A stretch of 64,000 nt of DNA, taken from positions 5,355,598 to 5,419,597 of the forward strand of contig MU059161.1 of the NCBI GenBank assembly GCA_013265495.1, in the 5' to 3' direction. The translations under genes and the position numbers were made by a program. Shown one piece after another: positions 27,811 through 40,705 of this stretch. The DNA comes from Vicugna vicugna (taxonomy: Eukaryota). Under the pieces are notes generated by a model, which was not told the DNA's origin, did no database searches, and saw only the letters and a list, made by a program, of their open reading frames with translations. Within the stretch, counting starts at the first letter, position 1. Every line of letters begins with the position of its first letter.

Positions 27811-30800
27811 CATCTTTAAGAAGAGCTTATGGGTCAGCATTTTCATCCCCTTGGCTGTTCAGTTGCAAGGGCAGGAACTCTATCTCTTGGAATTGCATCT
27901 CCTACAAGCCTTAGGGCACCTGCCCTGCAGGGGCACTTCTCTGGTCCACACATCCCCCCTGGCTGGAGGCACTGGTTGCTCCTGTTGCTACATCTGAAAG
28001 GTCACCTCCAGCTTTCTCTCTCCAGTGTAGAAAGTTTACTCCTGGCAGGTGCCCCTGATGGTCAGTTCCCCCGGCTTCTTCTCAGAGAGGGAAGAGCCGA
28101 AGTCTGCTCTCTCTCTGTATTTTACTCCCGCATTTTGAATTCTTTCCAGAAGGTTTTTTTCTGCTCTCTCTCACTGCATTTCAATTTCACTACCTCACAG
28201 GGGAGGTTTTCTCACCACTTTTAAGATTATACTCTTTGAACTTTAAAGAATTTGATTTACTCTTCCTGGGGCCAGACACTGGGCAGCTGCCTGCTCAGAC
28301 ATGCAGAAGAACCTGGGCCCTTTCATATTTATCATCAGAGGAGTGACTGTGTCAGACAGGAGTGAGGGCACGGGGTTGAGTGGTTCTGTCTCAGTCCCCT
28401 TCTCCATCAGCTCAAGTACAGGAAAGCCAGCAAGAAGCTAGGCAGCAATAAATTTGCATTGCTCTAAATGGAGTCATTTTAAGGTGCAGAGTTGGCTCAG
28501 GCCAATTCTAGGTTCTTTTTCAACGTGAAGGTATCAGCTCTTCTTGTTTCAATGTCGAGGAGGGATCAGTTACAACAGAAGGCGGCAGGAAGCGCCTTCC
28601 CCATGTCAGCACCACCTTCTTTGGCTTTGTGACACCTGGGAACTCTGTTTCCTTCTTAATTAGTCTGAATTTACACTTGGTAATCTCATTCTGTAAGCTG
28701 TCTAAAGCTGTTATGAATAAAACAGGCAATGTCTTCCCATTCCAAAGGGACCTATACTCCCATGTAAGGCAGCCAGACACCTTTGGTGGATTAAAATTCT
28801 AGTGCTTGTACTAGAAATAAGCATGACCCCAGTGACCCTTTGCTCTTTAAGAGAAATGCTACAGTTTTCAAAGTGTTTTCAAATTTACTGGCCCGTTTTG
28901 ACCTCACACAAAGTTCTGCCAAGACCAGACATCATCACTCCCATTTTGCAGATGAGGAAACTGTTGAAGGGAGGAGAAAGACTTGCCCAAGATGGGTATG
29001 GTCCATTGCGGCTGGAGGAAGTCCTGTGCCCACCAGAGGTGCCTTGGGTGAGGGCCAGCGGAAGTGGCCCACAGCTCGGACTTGTTGGGGACCTCCATCC
29101 CCGACATACACACACCTGCCACAGACCCACCAGGGGCGATTGTCAGGCCCGGACTCTGCGGCACTCCGTCCACCCTGGAACCGCAAAGCATTGGCAGGCA
29201 GCTGCAGTGAAGGCCTTCCCGCCTCTGGATCCCTGCCTACACTGCAGAATTTTCACAAGGAGAAGGGAAGGGGGAAAGTTTATGATCTGATCTAATCACA
29301 GATGAGCCGAGAACTCAGTGGCAGCTGGCCGTTTGCAGAAGCCCAGGACTCCTGTGCTGTTGAAGGTCCCACCCTTCGTTTTTAAGATGAGCAAACAGTG
29401 TGACCAGCCTGTCGCCTGTGCGGCTCGTAGTAGGTGCTCAAAAACAGTGACTGTCACTGTTCTCATTTTTACCATGCCTACCACGGTGCATGAGGCCCCA
29501 GCCCACACAGAGGACAGAAATCCTAGGGTTCAAAAGTCCCTGCCGAGAGCTGCGGCAAATCTCAAGTAACATTAAGGAAAAAAAATGAAGGAGGTGATGA
29601 AGGTGAACTTTTAGGAGAAAATGCTGTCAAGTGTCTCCTCTGGTTTTGGTGGTGTTCTCCGTGGGGTTTGGTGTTTCCCAAGGGACCACGGATGTCTCTG
29701 TGGCGTCTTCTTGTCCATTTCCTCCTCTGAGTCCCTCCCAGTTGATCTTCTGGTGCAGACACCTCAGACCATTGCTGGAATCAGTGTCCCCTTCGGACTC
29801 TCCCATAGGCTCCCGCCAGTGCTAGTTCTAAAGCCCCATCTGCCTCCCATGCAGATCACAGACGGACGAGAACACCTTTCATTGCCTCTCACTTTTGGGG
29901 ACCACGGTGTTGGCCTGATGACCAGGGATGTCCTGTGATGCATCAGCATTGGTCAGATCACTGAAGTGTAAAATGTTATGTTTAAATACCTTTCTGCCTC
30001 CTCCTTTTCTTCCCGTTCCTTCTCTCTCCCTCTTCCTTCCCTCCCATCCTTCTTGCAAGGGGAAGGGCATGTGGGTGGAGAGAGCGAGCCCCAGCCCCCT
30101 TCTCACCCTCCAGGGTAGGAGATGGAGAACGGCGCTGAGCTGGGCGGACGGCTTTCCTGGGGCCCAGGGGTCCTCACTCTCAGCCACCTGCAGGCCCCGC
30201 GGCTCCTCCCCTGCCCCAGCCTGGAGAGAAGCAGCCAGCATTCGGTTATCCCAGCCTGCTGAGAGCTCTCCTGGGGCCCCCGTGTGTTCCCCAGACTCTA
30301 GCCACTGGGGCTCCTGCTCTCTCTCCACATCCCCAACTCTAACCACAGCCCCCGGAGTAAGGGTGACATTCCATTTCCTGGAATGAAATAATTTTTGGTG
30401 AGACCTCTTTCCTATAAAGAGTTCTTCCCGTGTTCATGCCTATACTTGCTGAATGACCTCGGACAAATCACCTGATCTCTGTGAGCTCAGGTTCCTCATT
30501 TTGGACTGAGAAGAGTATTTGGCTTACGTAATGAACGGTCTGGCACGTAACAGGTATAGTAAGAACCAGCCAGCAGACCTCTTGGCTTCCTTCCTTCTAT
30601 GTTTCTTATTTTCTGGCCCTCATTGCCCCCACCCCTACTCCCTGCCCTTGTCTTGCTGTGACAGAGGCCTTTATACAAATGACATGGTCTCAAGCCAGGC
30701 CCTGGCCAGCCTCCACAATCCCTGCTGGTCTTGTGTTGGAGCCTGGCTTGCTGGACAGGGGGACAGGGAGTGGGAGGAGCACCCAGAGCACTGGGACAGG

Positions 30801-31069
30801 AAGAGGGAGCCAGAAACACTGCTTCTAGGATGGTGGGGGTGGGGGCGATGGGGAGCAACTCCCCGAAGCGCACCTCAGCTTCCCCTGGGACGAGGTCTAG
30901 CACCTTGCAGTCCAGAGTTGCTCTGAATGGCTCTCTTCTTCTGATATACCAGGACCCCTGACACGCCATGTGGAGTGGTTTGAAGTGGTCTGATAATGCA
31001 GGTGGCAGAGCACCGCGGACAAGGGCACACATTTTGAAGATGGACTGCCTGGGTTTTAATGCTGACTCT

Positions 31070-31260
31070 GCCATTTTCTGAATCTACTACGTAGGGTAGA
31101 TTGCTTAACCTCTCTGTGCTTCGATTTCTCCATCTGTAATACGTGGCTAATAATATTACTTCAAAAGTTGGCCGTAAGGTTTAGATGAAATCACACTTGT
31201 AAAGCACTCAGGAAATCCACCCATCAGGCCGTGAGCACTTAAGTGTTGGCTCCCGTTATC
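31070..31260 (+). mobile_element. MIR SINE
   Basis: ttgcttaacctctctgtgcttcgatttctccatctgtaat...gtaaagcactcagg. Confidence 0.75.
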
Positions 31261-31944
31261 CTTTCTAGTATCATTATTCTCAGCGTCTTCATCATCCTCA
31301 TCATTGTTATCAAAGTGTGAGAACCAGCAAAGACTGCTGCCGCTCACCAGTCACGCTGCTCCGACGCTCATCTGTCAAACACCTGTATTTGTCATTCATC
31401 TCCTACCTGCTGCCCTTGGTGGTGGTGAGGATGGACCGATATAGACGTGAATGAATGTGGTAGATTACAATAAAAAGCAGAAATCATAAAACCAAAAGCA
31501 ATAGTAACTAGCAGAAGATAGGAAGCAAAAAATAAAGTTAGGAAAGAGGGGAAAAATTGAGCATAATCTTTGGCATGAACTTCCTAGTAAACCACCGCAA
31601 AGCGGGAAACGCAATGGGACATGTCACTGTCGTTACCTAGTGCATAATTATTGCTTAAATTAAGACTATTAGCAGATCATTTGGTCAGCAGATCTGGGGA
31701 AATGTTCATCTTGTCAGAAATAACTGTGTCTTGTGCTACCGACCTCCTCTGTGTGTCCCAGCCGCCATCAACATGAGCACGTGCACACCCCTGGGGCTCC
31801 CATAGCCCCACCCCTGCTTTCCCCAATCCAGGCATTTATCAGCGGGGCTGCCATCCTCTCCTTCCTCCCTGGGGCTCCTTTAGGGCAGGGCCATAGCTTG
31901 CACAGCATGTGTGACCAGTGCCTCCCCAGTGCCTGGCCCGTAGC

Positions 31945-32190
31945 AGACAGCTGTAGCGTTACGGTCAGAAGCACGGGCTCTGAAGCCTGACTGCCTGGGT
32001 TTGAATTCTGGCTCTGTCATTTATTGGCTCTGAGCTCTTCGAGCCTCAGTTTCCTTATCAGTAAAATGGGATTAATTAGAGTACCCTCTGCGTGCGTGTG
32101 TGGCGCACACACACACGCACGCGCGCACACACGCACACACACAATTGTAGTGTAAATTAAATGAAATAATAAGAATTAAGCTTTTAGCAT
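31945..32190 (+). mobile_element. MIR SINE interrupted by a (TG)/(CA)/(CG) microsatellite at 32089-32143
   Basis: gactgcctgggtttgaattctggctctg...gagcctcagtttccttatcagtaaaatggg, then the microsatellite, then aaattaaatgaaataat. Confidence 0.8.
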
Positions 32191-32213
32191 AGTGTTTGCT
32201 TTAACTCTTCTCC

Positions 32214-32421
32214 CAGAGGTTGGTAAACTATTTCCATCAAGGGTCGAATAGTGAATATTTGCAGCTCTGGAGAACTCAGTTACAGCTCTGTAACTCGGCC
32301 ATTGTAGCAGGAAGGCACCCATAGATGTACCTAAATGAATGCACGTGGTGGTATACCAGTAAAACCTTATGCACACAGACGGGGAGTGGGAGACATACTG
32401 GCCATGGTTTGCCCATCCCTG
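32214..32421 (+). mobile_element. MER58A hAT-Charlie element
   Basis: cagaggttggtaaac...gccattgtagcaggaaggcacccatagatg...ggtttgcccatccctg. Confidence 0.7.
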
Positions 32422-33659
32422 TGATTATAGGATACAGCAAGTGAGATGATCAGATGGGAAACTTAAGCAGACGCCAAGTTCCCCAGAGGCTACAGGAAAG
32501 AAACCAAAGGTAGCAGAATGGTGATTTCAATAGCAGTGCCCAGGGCTTAAGAACTCAGGCTGCAGAGCCGGATAGATCTAGGTTTAAGTCTGGTTTGGGT
32601 GAACAGTGTATGCTCTCTGAGCCTTGGTTTCCTAATATATAAAATGCAAAATGGCAAGTAAAAGGGACCAATCTCAATGGCTGATGTGCGGATTATGGGA
32701 GATAATGAGACATATTGCCAGGCGGCTGCAAGGACGATGATGGCAAAGTGATTGCTGAGCTAAACTGAATTGAACCACACCTCCCCTTGTGCTGAGGACG
32801 TCCAGACAGTGTGGCTCAGCAGGTAGATCAAGGGCTTCTGGTCCTGAGAGAGAGAGCCTGGCACCCTGCCGGGAGCCTTCTCTTTCACTGTCCGTGGGTG
32901 GGGCCGGTACTCCTGGGTTCTCCCTGCAGAGGCAGCTGTAATGAGACGCGTGGTGCCAGAGCCCACCTCCCACCTACCTTGGGATGTCCTGTGATGCTAA
33001 GTCAGCACCAAAATCCATGGCTGCAGCCCCTGTGTGTGTCAGAAATGAGGCTTGTCATTTCAGCCTTGCCCTCCTCAAGTGGATCTGCGGATAGCTGGCG
33101 GGGCCAAAGGTCAGTAATGGGGAATGTGAATTTTTGTCATATTGGCTGTGCAGAGCCACTTGGAGACTGGAGACTGGAGCAGGTCTGGGAAGGCCCTTGA
33201 GTTTGAATTGCTTTTGTTTGATACCTGCATCCTGGCAATGGACCTCTCCGCATCATCACAGTTTGTTCAGGGAAGATACTGCTGTCAAAGGTGAGGCTCA
33301 GGAGGCTCCTCTCCATGTCTTGCTGATGCATGAAGACGGCCCAGCCAATGAGTCTTCCCCGTCTTCCTTCTGGGCTTTTTTTTTTTTTTTAACTCTGGAA
33401 GTTTTTATTTCTTACTTTCTTTGTTTCAGGTTTTGCAAAAAGGAGTTTCAGATGCTGACAGCCCGACTGAATGCTCTCAGCCATCTCTGTCCTCATCATA
33501 TACTAATTGGTATTGATTTTCAGTTATGTCATCTTTCCCTAGTAAGATGATGGAATTCTCCCCAAATGTCCTATCGTCCCCACCCCCGCCAAGACTAGAA
33601 ACCTCAAACTCTTTTCCTTTCCTTCCTTCCTTTCTTCCTTCTCTCCTTTCTCCCTCCCA

Positions 33660-34100
33660 AAAGTATTTTTTATCCAATACCCACTATGTGCCAAACATTG
33701 TGTTGGGCATCAGGAGTACCTTGAAGTCTCAAGTCTGAAGGATGAGATGGGCAAGTTGCAGGCAATATGGTCAGAGGCAGGTGCTAAGCAAGGTGAGGGG
33801 ACTGCGGAAACCCAGCTTCAGGGCGCCTGACCTGTTACCGTGGTGGGGAGGTGCTTCTTGGTGGAGGGGACCTCTGAGCTACGATTTTTAGGATGAGGAG
33901 GAGTTCAAATAGGGGAAGAAGAAGGAAGCAGCAGGCTCAGAGGTGTGCCTCCTCTGGACAGGGAAATGCATGCTGTTCCTTCCACCTGAACTTGGTTATC
34001 TGGCGGGGCAAGGGCAAGTGGCAAATGTCAGAGGACTGGCTGGCAGGAGGCAGGACGTGGAGGACTTTGTAGGCTGAACAGATCTTCCGGAGCTGCTTTC
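33660..34100 (-). mobile_element. L2 fragment preceded by a (CCTT)-like repeat
   Basis: tatccaatacccactatgtgccaaacattgtgttgggc. Confidence 0.65.
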
Positions 34101-34231
34101 AGTATCTTCAGGCTTAAGTAAACAGTACATTTATGAAGGGAACGTGAATGTCAAGTGTCTCTGATTAGTCTGCAGTTACGTCAGGATGCCATCTTTTCCC
34201 ACAGTGCTACTAATGAGCAGCTTTAATTAAA

Positions 34232-34458
34232 AGACAAATTGGGAGTTTGGAATTGGCTGATACAAACTACTATATACAGACTAGATGAACAATAAGGTCC
34301 TACTGTAGAGCACAGGGAACTGTATTCGATGGCTTGTACTAACCTGTAATGAAAAAGACTATGAAAAAGAATATGTGTGTATGTGTGCGTGTGTGTGTGT
34401 GTATAACTGAATCACTATGCTGTACACCAGAAATTAATACATTGTAAATTAAAAAAAA
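34232..34458 (+). mobile_element. 3' end of a cetartiodactyl-lineage L1 with an internal (TG)n
   Basis: aaattgggagtttggaatt...aaggtcctactgtagagcacagggaact...gtataactgaatcactatgctgtacaccagaaa plus an A tract. Confidence 0.85.
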
Positions 34459-34669
34459 ATTGTAACGACTTTGATAAATAAGGTGATAAAGTAAGTTAAT
34501 TTTGACTTAATATGTAGAGTTTGCAATCCCCTATCTTTCAGTGCAACCAAAGGGCTCCTGGTGGTGAGAAAACTGAAAAAATATTTCCTCCTGTAATCAA
34601 GATGCATGTAAAACCTGTTCTGGGATTGACTGTTAGTAAATCGATAAACAAAAACAAGCAAACAGTTTA

Positions 34670-35260
34670 TCTGGAGTTCCCCATATGCCTAGCACTGTGG
34701 GCCATCCTGGGATAAACTTGGCAAAGCAAACAGTCCTGATCACGCCCATTTCAGAACTTAGTTGCGGGTAGAAAAGGTCAGTGTTAAGCAAATAAACGCA
34801 CAGATAAATACGTAATTATGAGATGTGCTAAGTGTTGTGAAAAAAAAAAAAAAGATGGGGTCCTCGGAGAGAATAATTGACCAAATTTACGTCAGGGTGG
34901 AGGGAGGGACGGTGGGAGTGGTCTGGGGAAAGGGCTGTGTGTGGGAAGAGGGTGTTCCAGGCGGAAGAGTGCTGTACACACCGGTCCCGAGGGAAGAAGG
35001 GGTTTGGCCAATGTAATAGCTAAATAAAGGCTGCTGTGGCTGGAGCCAAGGGAGCAGGCCAAGGCTGGCCCTGAAAAGACGGATGCAGCAGTAATAGTGT
35101 CCCAAAGGCCATGTTAAGTCTTTTGGTTGATCCTGAAAACAGAAGATGACCTTGAGAGTTTTAAGCAGGCTGTGTGTGTATGCGAGAGAGCAAAAGAGAT
35201 GTGGGGGGAGAGAGAGGGCGGGAGGGAGAAATGAGCACACGTGTGTTTTAACATAAATTT
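34670..35260 (-). mobile_element. L2 fragment
   Basis: cctagcactgtgggcc...attatgagatgtgctaagtg...gccatgttaagtc...gagagttttaagcagg. Confidence 0.6.
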
Positions 35261-36034
35261 CACTCTGAGGGCTACGCAAGCCTCCATGGGTCTGAGGGGA
35301 GGAGAAGGTAAGAGTTGTCTCTAGCGCAGCCTGATCCTTTGTGTGAGTCTGGGGTCCCAGTGATGCGCTGACGGCGTCTTTAGCAAGAGGCCCGATACCC
35401 TGTCCCCCATGAAGTGGTTTGGCTCCAAGGAGGGTTTTCCCTCTGCATCTTAATGGAAATTCCTCCGTTCTACATTGGGCTTGCCAAGCAGCTGAGGTGT
35501 GTTTTATTTTGTGAAGAACTACTTGCTCGCTCTGTGTTGTCTGCCTGTCTGTGGGATTTCTCCCAGTGTGTTCAAACACACCTCCAAGGCCTCATTTTTC
35601 CTGATGGGAGTTGTGAGGAAGGGAAGCAGTGGGGCAGGAGGAGAGCCTGGAGGAGCGGGGATGGGAGGGGCTGGCAAGGTCACGGGCCTTTAGGCTGCTG
35701 GTGTCCTCAGGCATCCCCTCAGCTCATCCTTTCTCAGTCACACGGGAGCCTCCCAATTGATTCCTCCCCATCATGAATGTTCCTCAGTCGATTAAGAAGG
35801 CTCCCCATCATTTAAATGGGCAGTGACAGTCTGATACAGACGCTGCGGGTGGCCGTAGCTCACTGAACGTTAACTGTATTAGCTACATCAGAATCTCCAT
35901 CAGTAACACTTTATGGAGCTAATTTGTGAGTTTATTAAGCCCCAGATCACTCCTAATGAGGATCCACCCCCATGTGAGAACGCCCACACAGAGGACTAAG
36001 GGTACCTTTGTGGTTGCTCCCCAACCAAAGCAGA

Positions 36035-36265
36035 TCAGTGTTAGGGAAGGAACTGGTCTCTAGAACCAGGGAGACAAAAGTTTGAATCCCTGCTCTTCCA
36101 CTTTCCAGCTGTGTGACCCTGAACAAGTGACTGAACCTCTCTGAGCCTCAATTACTCTTTTACAAAGCAGATACTAGTCACAACCCTCTCACTGGGATGT
36201 GGTCGGAATTAAGTGAAGCCATGCAGCGTGTTCAGTAGATGCGAGTAACCATTAGTATTATTATT
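36035..36265 (+). mobile_element. MIR SINE
   Basis: gtttgaatccctgctcttccactttccagctgtgtgaccctgaacaagtgactgaacctctctgagcctca. Confidence 0.8.
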
Positions 36266-36439
36266 TTCCATAGTGGATTTAGGAATGGCTACCAATTAAG
36301 TGCCTTTAGGGTAATGTGAGTGAGTGAAGCAGGCTGAGGGAAAGATTGCCAGAGAGAAAAATGACACCAAAGACACAGCTGCTGTTGAGTGACAGCCTTC
36401 ATTGTCAAATGATATCCAGGTTCTGTATTGTTAGATCCA

Positions 36440-36562
36440 AGGGTTTTTCAGAAGCCTGAATTTGGTGTTAAATATTCCAATTTTGGTAACTGATTTAAAA
36501 ATCTTAAATAATTTGGAGGGCAAACCAAACACATCTGAAAGCTGCCCCTTTGCAACCTCTGG
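36440..36562 (+). mobile_element. MER102-type hAT fragment
   Basis: gggcaaaccaaacacatctg...tttgcaacctctg terminus. Confidence 0.5.
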
Positions 36563-37324
36563 GTTCCCCTTTCTGCAGGAACTGATCTAAGACTGAGTCC
36601 TGCATGTAAGTCGCTCCTGGCAGCCAAGCACAAAGTGTGGTGGGGGCTGACTCTGTCTGTGGCAGGTTGGAAGCAACGAAGTGCCCCACCCCTTCCAGGG
36701 TCATACAACTCACTCCTCAGCTCCTGTGTCTCTGGGCTTGCGTGATGGGTAGAATCAAACTGAAGTAGTGAGATACGGGCAGGGATTGGACATATGCTGT
36801 GGCGGTGGGTCCCCAGGAGGTGGCCAGCAACATGGCGGCACCTACATCCAGGAGTTCCAAATCCTCACGTGTGCCGTGCCCACCTCGGCTGCAATTTGGC
36901 TCTTCTGTCCTTTTCAGACTTGAACGGAGTGAGAACACTTTGGGGTAACTATAGCAGCCGGGGAATTTTTACTTTCTGACAAGAAGATATCTAAACATTC
37001 ATTTGCAGAGTTGAATTGTTTTCCTAAAATTAACTCCCTTGAACCTGACTCTGTCTAAAATGCCTGCTGCCTTCAGAAAGCCTCTATTCCATTTTACCCA
37101 CAAACGTTTTCTCTTACGCTAGGTTTAACGTCTCAGCAGGTGTTGGGTCTTTGGAAGTAGATGGGAGACTGTTTGCTAATGAATAAGAAGACATTTTTCT
37201 CACACTAAGAATTACTAAGCAGTCCCCAGTTTGACTTTCTTTTCCTTAATTAATTAAGCCCTTCCTTCACTCATTCAGTAAGTACTGAGTGTCTACCACA
37301 CCCGGCTTTGTGGCAGGGGTCTTG

Positions 37325-37685
37325 GATAGTCAGAAAGTTCTGGGATCAAATACAGGCTTTTCTGCTTGCTAAGAGAGCCTCAGTCTCCTCGTATGTAAAG
37401 TGGGGATGATAATAGCGCTAACTTATACGATATTCTAAGGATTGCACGAAGCAGTGTAGACTCAAGGTCAGCCTTTGATATATACTGGCCACTGAATGAT
37501 CATTCATCCCGATTCATCTCAGTGATCACCACAGCCTTTGGGGTTGCTGTTGCCATCCCCACATCTAAGAGAGGAGGAAATGGAGTTCTAATGTGATGAA
37601 TTAACTTGTCTGAGGTCACACACCCAGCAAGTGTTGGAGCTGGGAGCAGTCAGTCACCAAACCCCACTGTCTTTCTACCAGATCA
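37325..37685. mobile_element. Two adjacent, oppositely oriented MIR fragments
   Basis: + copy: gcctcagtctcctcgtatgtaaagtggggatgataat. - copy: gaggaaatggagttct...cttgtctgaggtcacacacccagcaag. Confidence 0.6.
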
Positions 37686-38449
37686 GCATGTTGGGGGCAA
37701 ACCATTCCTGGTCTCCTTGCTTTACTGCCTGAAAGAGTTAGGAGCAGTCCTAAATTTAAGCTCTGCCAAAGGACAGGGGATTTAGAGCCTGAGGATGAAA
37801 AACTTCCAGCCAGTTCTCTCCTGCTGGCAGTGTGCGAAAGGGCAATGCTCAGGGTGCTGAGAACACAAATGCTGGTTAGAGGGAAATGTTATCATTCAAT
37901 AGATATTTATAGAGTCCTTCTCTAAGCTGGGCACTGTCGTCATCACTGGGAACACAGCAGTGAACAGAGTCACTTCCCTCATGGAGTTGACAGTCTGTCA
38001 CAATCCTGTGGATGTGAGGATGTGCAAATGTCATGTGCAACCTCCGCCTCTGCAAGATCCAATCAAAATGAAGCGGAAGATGTGGCTGAAAGTGCCTTTG
38101 GGACCCACGTCTAATGGCCGCTGAGGCATTTTGGTCACGAATGAAATCATTTTTGCTTATTGACAGGCCACTTCATTTTTGCATCCATTCTCAGGGACAT
38201 TGAAGATAGATCAAGGTGTCCAGGTCATATCATCAAGCCCCGTCTTAGGACACGAGCCTGCTTCCACCTGGAGACAGTAACAGTGCGTTTCTTGGAGGGA
38301 GAGTCTTTTGGCCAATGTGTATTTCCAGGAGGGAAGATTCTTTTGGCCATTCTGCTTCTCTGTTTACTCTCTGTTTGGCTCGTGCAGAGAAAGAGCTAGA
38401 GTCTGTGGCTTGTTTGCTTGGAACATTTTAGAAAGTCAAAGTAGTTAAT

Positions 38450-38679
38450 GATAATTGTAACTATCACTTAGTGAAGACTATTTGCCAGACATTTTGGTAA
38501 ATGACTTGCATGCATTATCTAATTTAATCCTCACAAACAACCCAATACAATTGATGGTATAATTATCTCTACTTTACACATGAGGAAATTAAAGCTCAGA
38601 GAGGTCAAATCCTTGCTCAAGGTCACACAGCTGGAAAATGGCAGAAGGAGAGCTGAACCAGTTCTGAATGTCTCTAGAC
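38450..38679 (-). mobile_element. MIR SINE
   Basis: ctttacacatgaggaaattaaagctcagagaggtcaaatccttgctcaaggtcacacagctgg. Confidence 0.8.
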
Positions 38680-38893
38680 CAGTGGTTTTTATCCAGGGGC
38701 AATTTTGAACCCCAGGGGACATTTTGGAAACTCTGGAGACATCTTTGATTGTCATGACTAGGAGGAGATTGCTACTGACATCAGGTGGGTAGAGGCCAGG
38801 GATATTTTAAACATCTGACAATACACAGGACTGCCTCCTGCAATGAAGAATTATCCAGCCCCAAATGCCAACAGAGCTGCAGGGGAGAAAGCG
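38680..38893 (+). mobile_element. MER20 hAT-Charlie element
   Basis: cagtggtt...ggggcaattttgaaccccaggggacatttt...gggtagaggccagggat...aagaattatccagccccaaatg. The left flank ctctagac fits the NTCTAGAN hAT target. Confidence 0.85.
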
Positions 38894-40010
38894 TACGATC
38901 AAGCCCCAGTGCATAACATTGCCCTGTGCCCATCACTAAGTATCTCTCGTGCCACTTCTTGCTGAAGCATTTTGCCTTTTATAAACTACTCCCAGCCTTT
39001 GATGAAGTGTCATGTTTACATCCTCTGCCTTCATCTAAGAACCTGTGATGGAAATATTTAGATCAGGTCATTCCCAGGAAATGCTTTTAGTGACCAACGT
39101 AACAAGGGAAACCCCCGTGGGTTTGCAGCCCCATTTCAGCTAAGGTTCAAGTTCACTAATGCTGGAAAGGAACTCATTAGAGTCTTACAGGATGCAGGAC
39201 AAATGTTACTAGCTTCACCCTTAGTTTAAGGTGGGCTTTACTTTTATAGCTGGTCCTTTCTTGGCAACTAGATTTATGAAAATATTTTTAACAGCTGAGG
39301 AAAATCAATAAAGTACATAAGCACATGCGATTCTTGTGCTATTTGCAAATATAATTCTGACTCTTTGTGTACATTTAGGCATATTCATATAAGCTTTAAG
39401 AATATGCTTCCCTCTGCTCAATGTTTTAAAACTGACTCCCACATCAGAACATGTGGCCTTCTGAATGGGATCTCCAAAATTGGAATGAATAGAGAAAGGA
39501 ACACAAACAAATTCTCACCTGCTGGGGAAAAAAATTCCTCAAAGTATATGGGTTCTGGATTGTGCTTTTGCTTGCCCATAAACATAAGTCAGTTATTGAA
39601 AGGTGATATTATGATTGGACTTGATTTAAACACACCAGATGGACCTAACAGATATATACAGAAACATTCCATCCAAAAGCAGCTGAGTACGTACTCTGCT
39701 CAAGTGCACGTGGAACGTTCTCCCAGATAGATCATATGCTGGGCCACAAACAAGTCTTAATACATTTAAGAAGACTGAGATTATATCAAGCATCTTTTCC
39801 AGCCACAGTGGTATAAAACTAGAAATCAATTTCAAGAAGAAAACTAGAAAATTCACAAGTATGTGGAGATTAAACAATATGATCTGAACAACCATGGGTC
39901 AAAAAAGAAATCAAAAGGTATCTTGAGACAAATGAAATTGGAAACGCAACATGCCAAAACTTACGGCATTTGTTTTGTTTTTGTTTTCTACTTCCAATCC
40001 ATTTTACTGA

Positions 40011-40235
40011 GGCAGTATAGATGCCTGGTTAAGAGCACAGATTTAGGAGTAAGACAGCCCTGAGGTTGTGTCCTGACTCCGCTGATTATTCACTGTGTGA
40101 CCACGGGCAAGTTTCCAAACCTCTCTGAGACCTAGTCTTCTCAACTGTAAGATAATAGTAATAAATTGCCTCAAAGGAATAATAAGTGAGATGGGTAGGA
40201 AGTAGCGAACACAGTGTCTCATCCAGTGCTCGCTG
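40011..40235 (+). mobile_element. Near-complete MIR lying inside the L1
   Basis: gaggcagtatagatgcctggttaagagcacag...gtgtgaccacgggcaagtttccaaacctctctgag...aactgtaagataatagta. Confidence 0.8.
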
Positions 40236-40239
40236 GGAT

Positions 40240-40386
40240 NNNNNNNNNNNNNNNNNNNNNNNNNNNNNNNNNNNNNNNNNNNNNNNNNNNNNNNNNNNNN
40301 NNNNNNNNNNNNNNNNNNNNNNNNNNNNNNNNNNNNNNNNNNNNNNNNNNNNNNNNNNNNNNNNNNNNNNNNNNNNNNNNNNNNNN
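40240..40386. other. Assembly gap (147 N)
   Basis: Run of N. Confidence 0.99.
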
Positions 40387-40705
40387 GAAGGGAGGAAATA
40401 ACAAAGATCAGAGCAGAAATAAATGAAGCAGAGACTAAACAGACAACAGAAAAAAGCCAATGAAACTAAGAGCTGTTTTTTTTAAAAAGATGAACCTACA
40501 AAGAAGAATAGAGGAAGAGGACACAAACATGAAATCAGAAATGAAAAGAGGAGGTGTTACAACCAAAGCCACATAAATACAAAGGGTTATAAAAGACTTC
40601 TATAAGCAATTATATGCCAACAAATCGGACAATCTAGAAAAAAATGTATAAATTCCTAGAAACGTACAACCTGGCAAAACTGAATCATGAAGAAATGAAA
40701 AATCT

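Noticed and set aside
27445-28224. Several overlapping 120-177-aa ORFs
   Set aside because: They arise from the stop-poor C/T-rich tract and give low-complexity S/P/F/L or G/R/E translations.
30496-31074. 192-aa minus-strand ORF
   Set aside because: Its ends run into MIR sequence, it is GC-rich and has no recognisable domain. A chance ORF is the simpler explanation.
31400-31720. Possible ancient LINE fragment (L4/L1M-like)
   Set aside because: It looks repeat-like, but I cannot assign the family or boundaries by eye.
34887-35579. 230-aa minus-strand ORF
   Set aside because: It overlaps L2-derived and simple-repeat sequence, resembles no protein I know, and lacks convincing exon structure.
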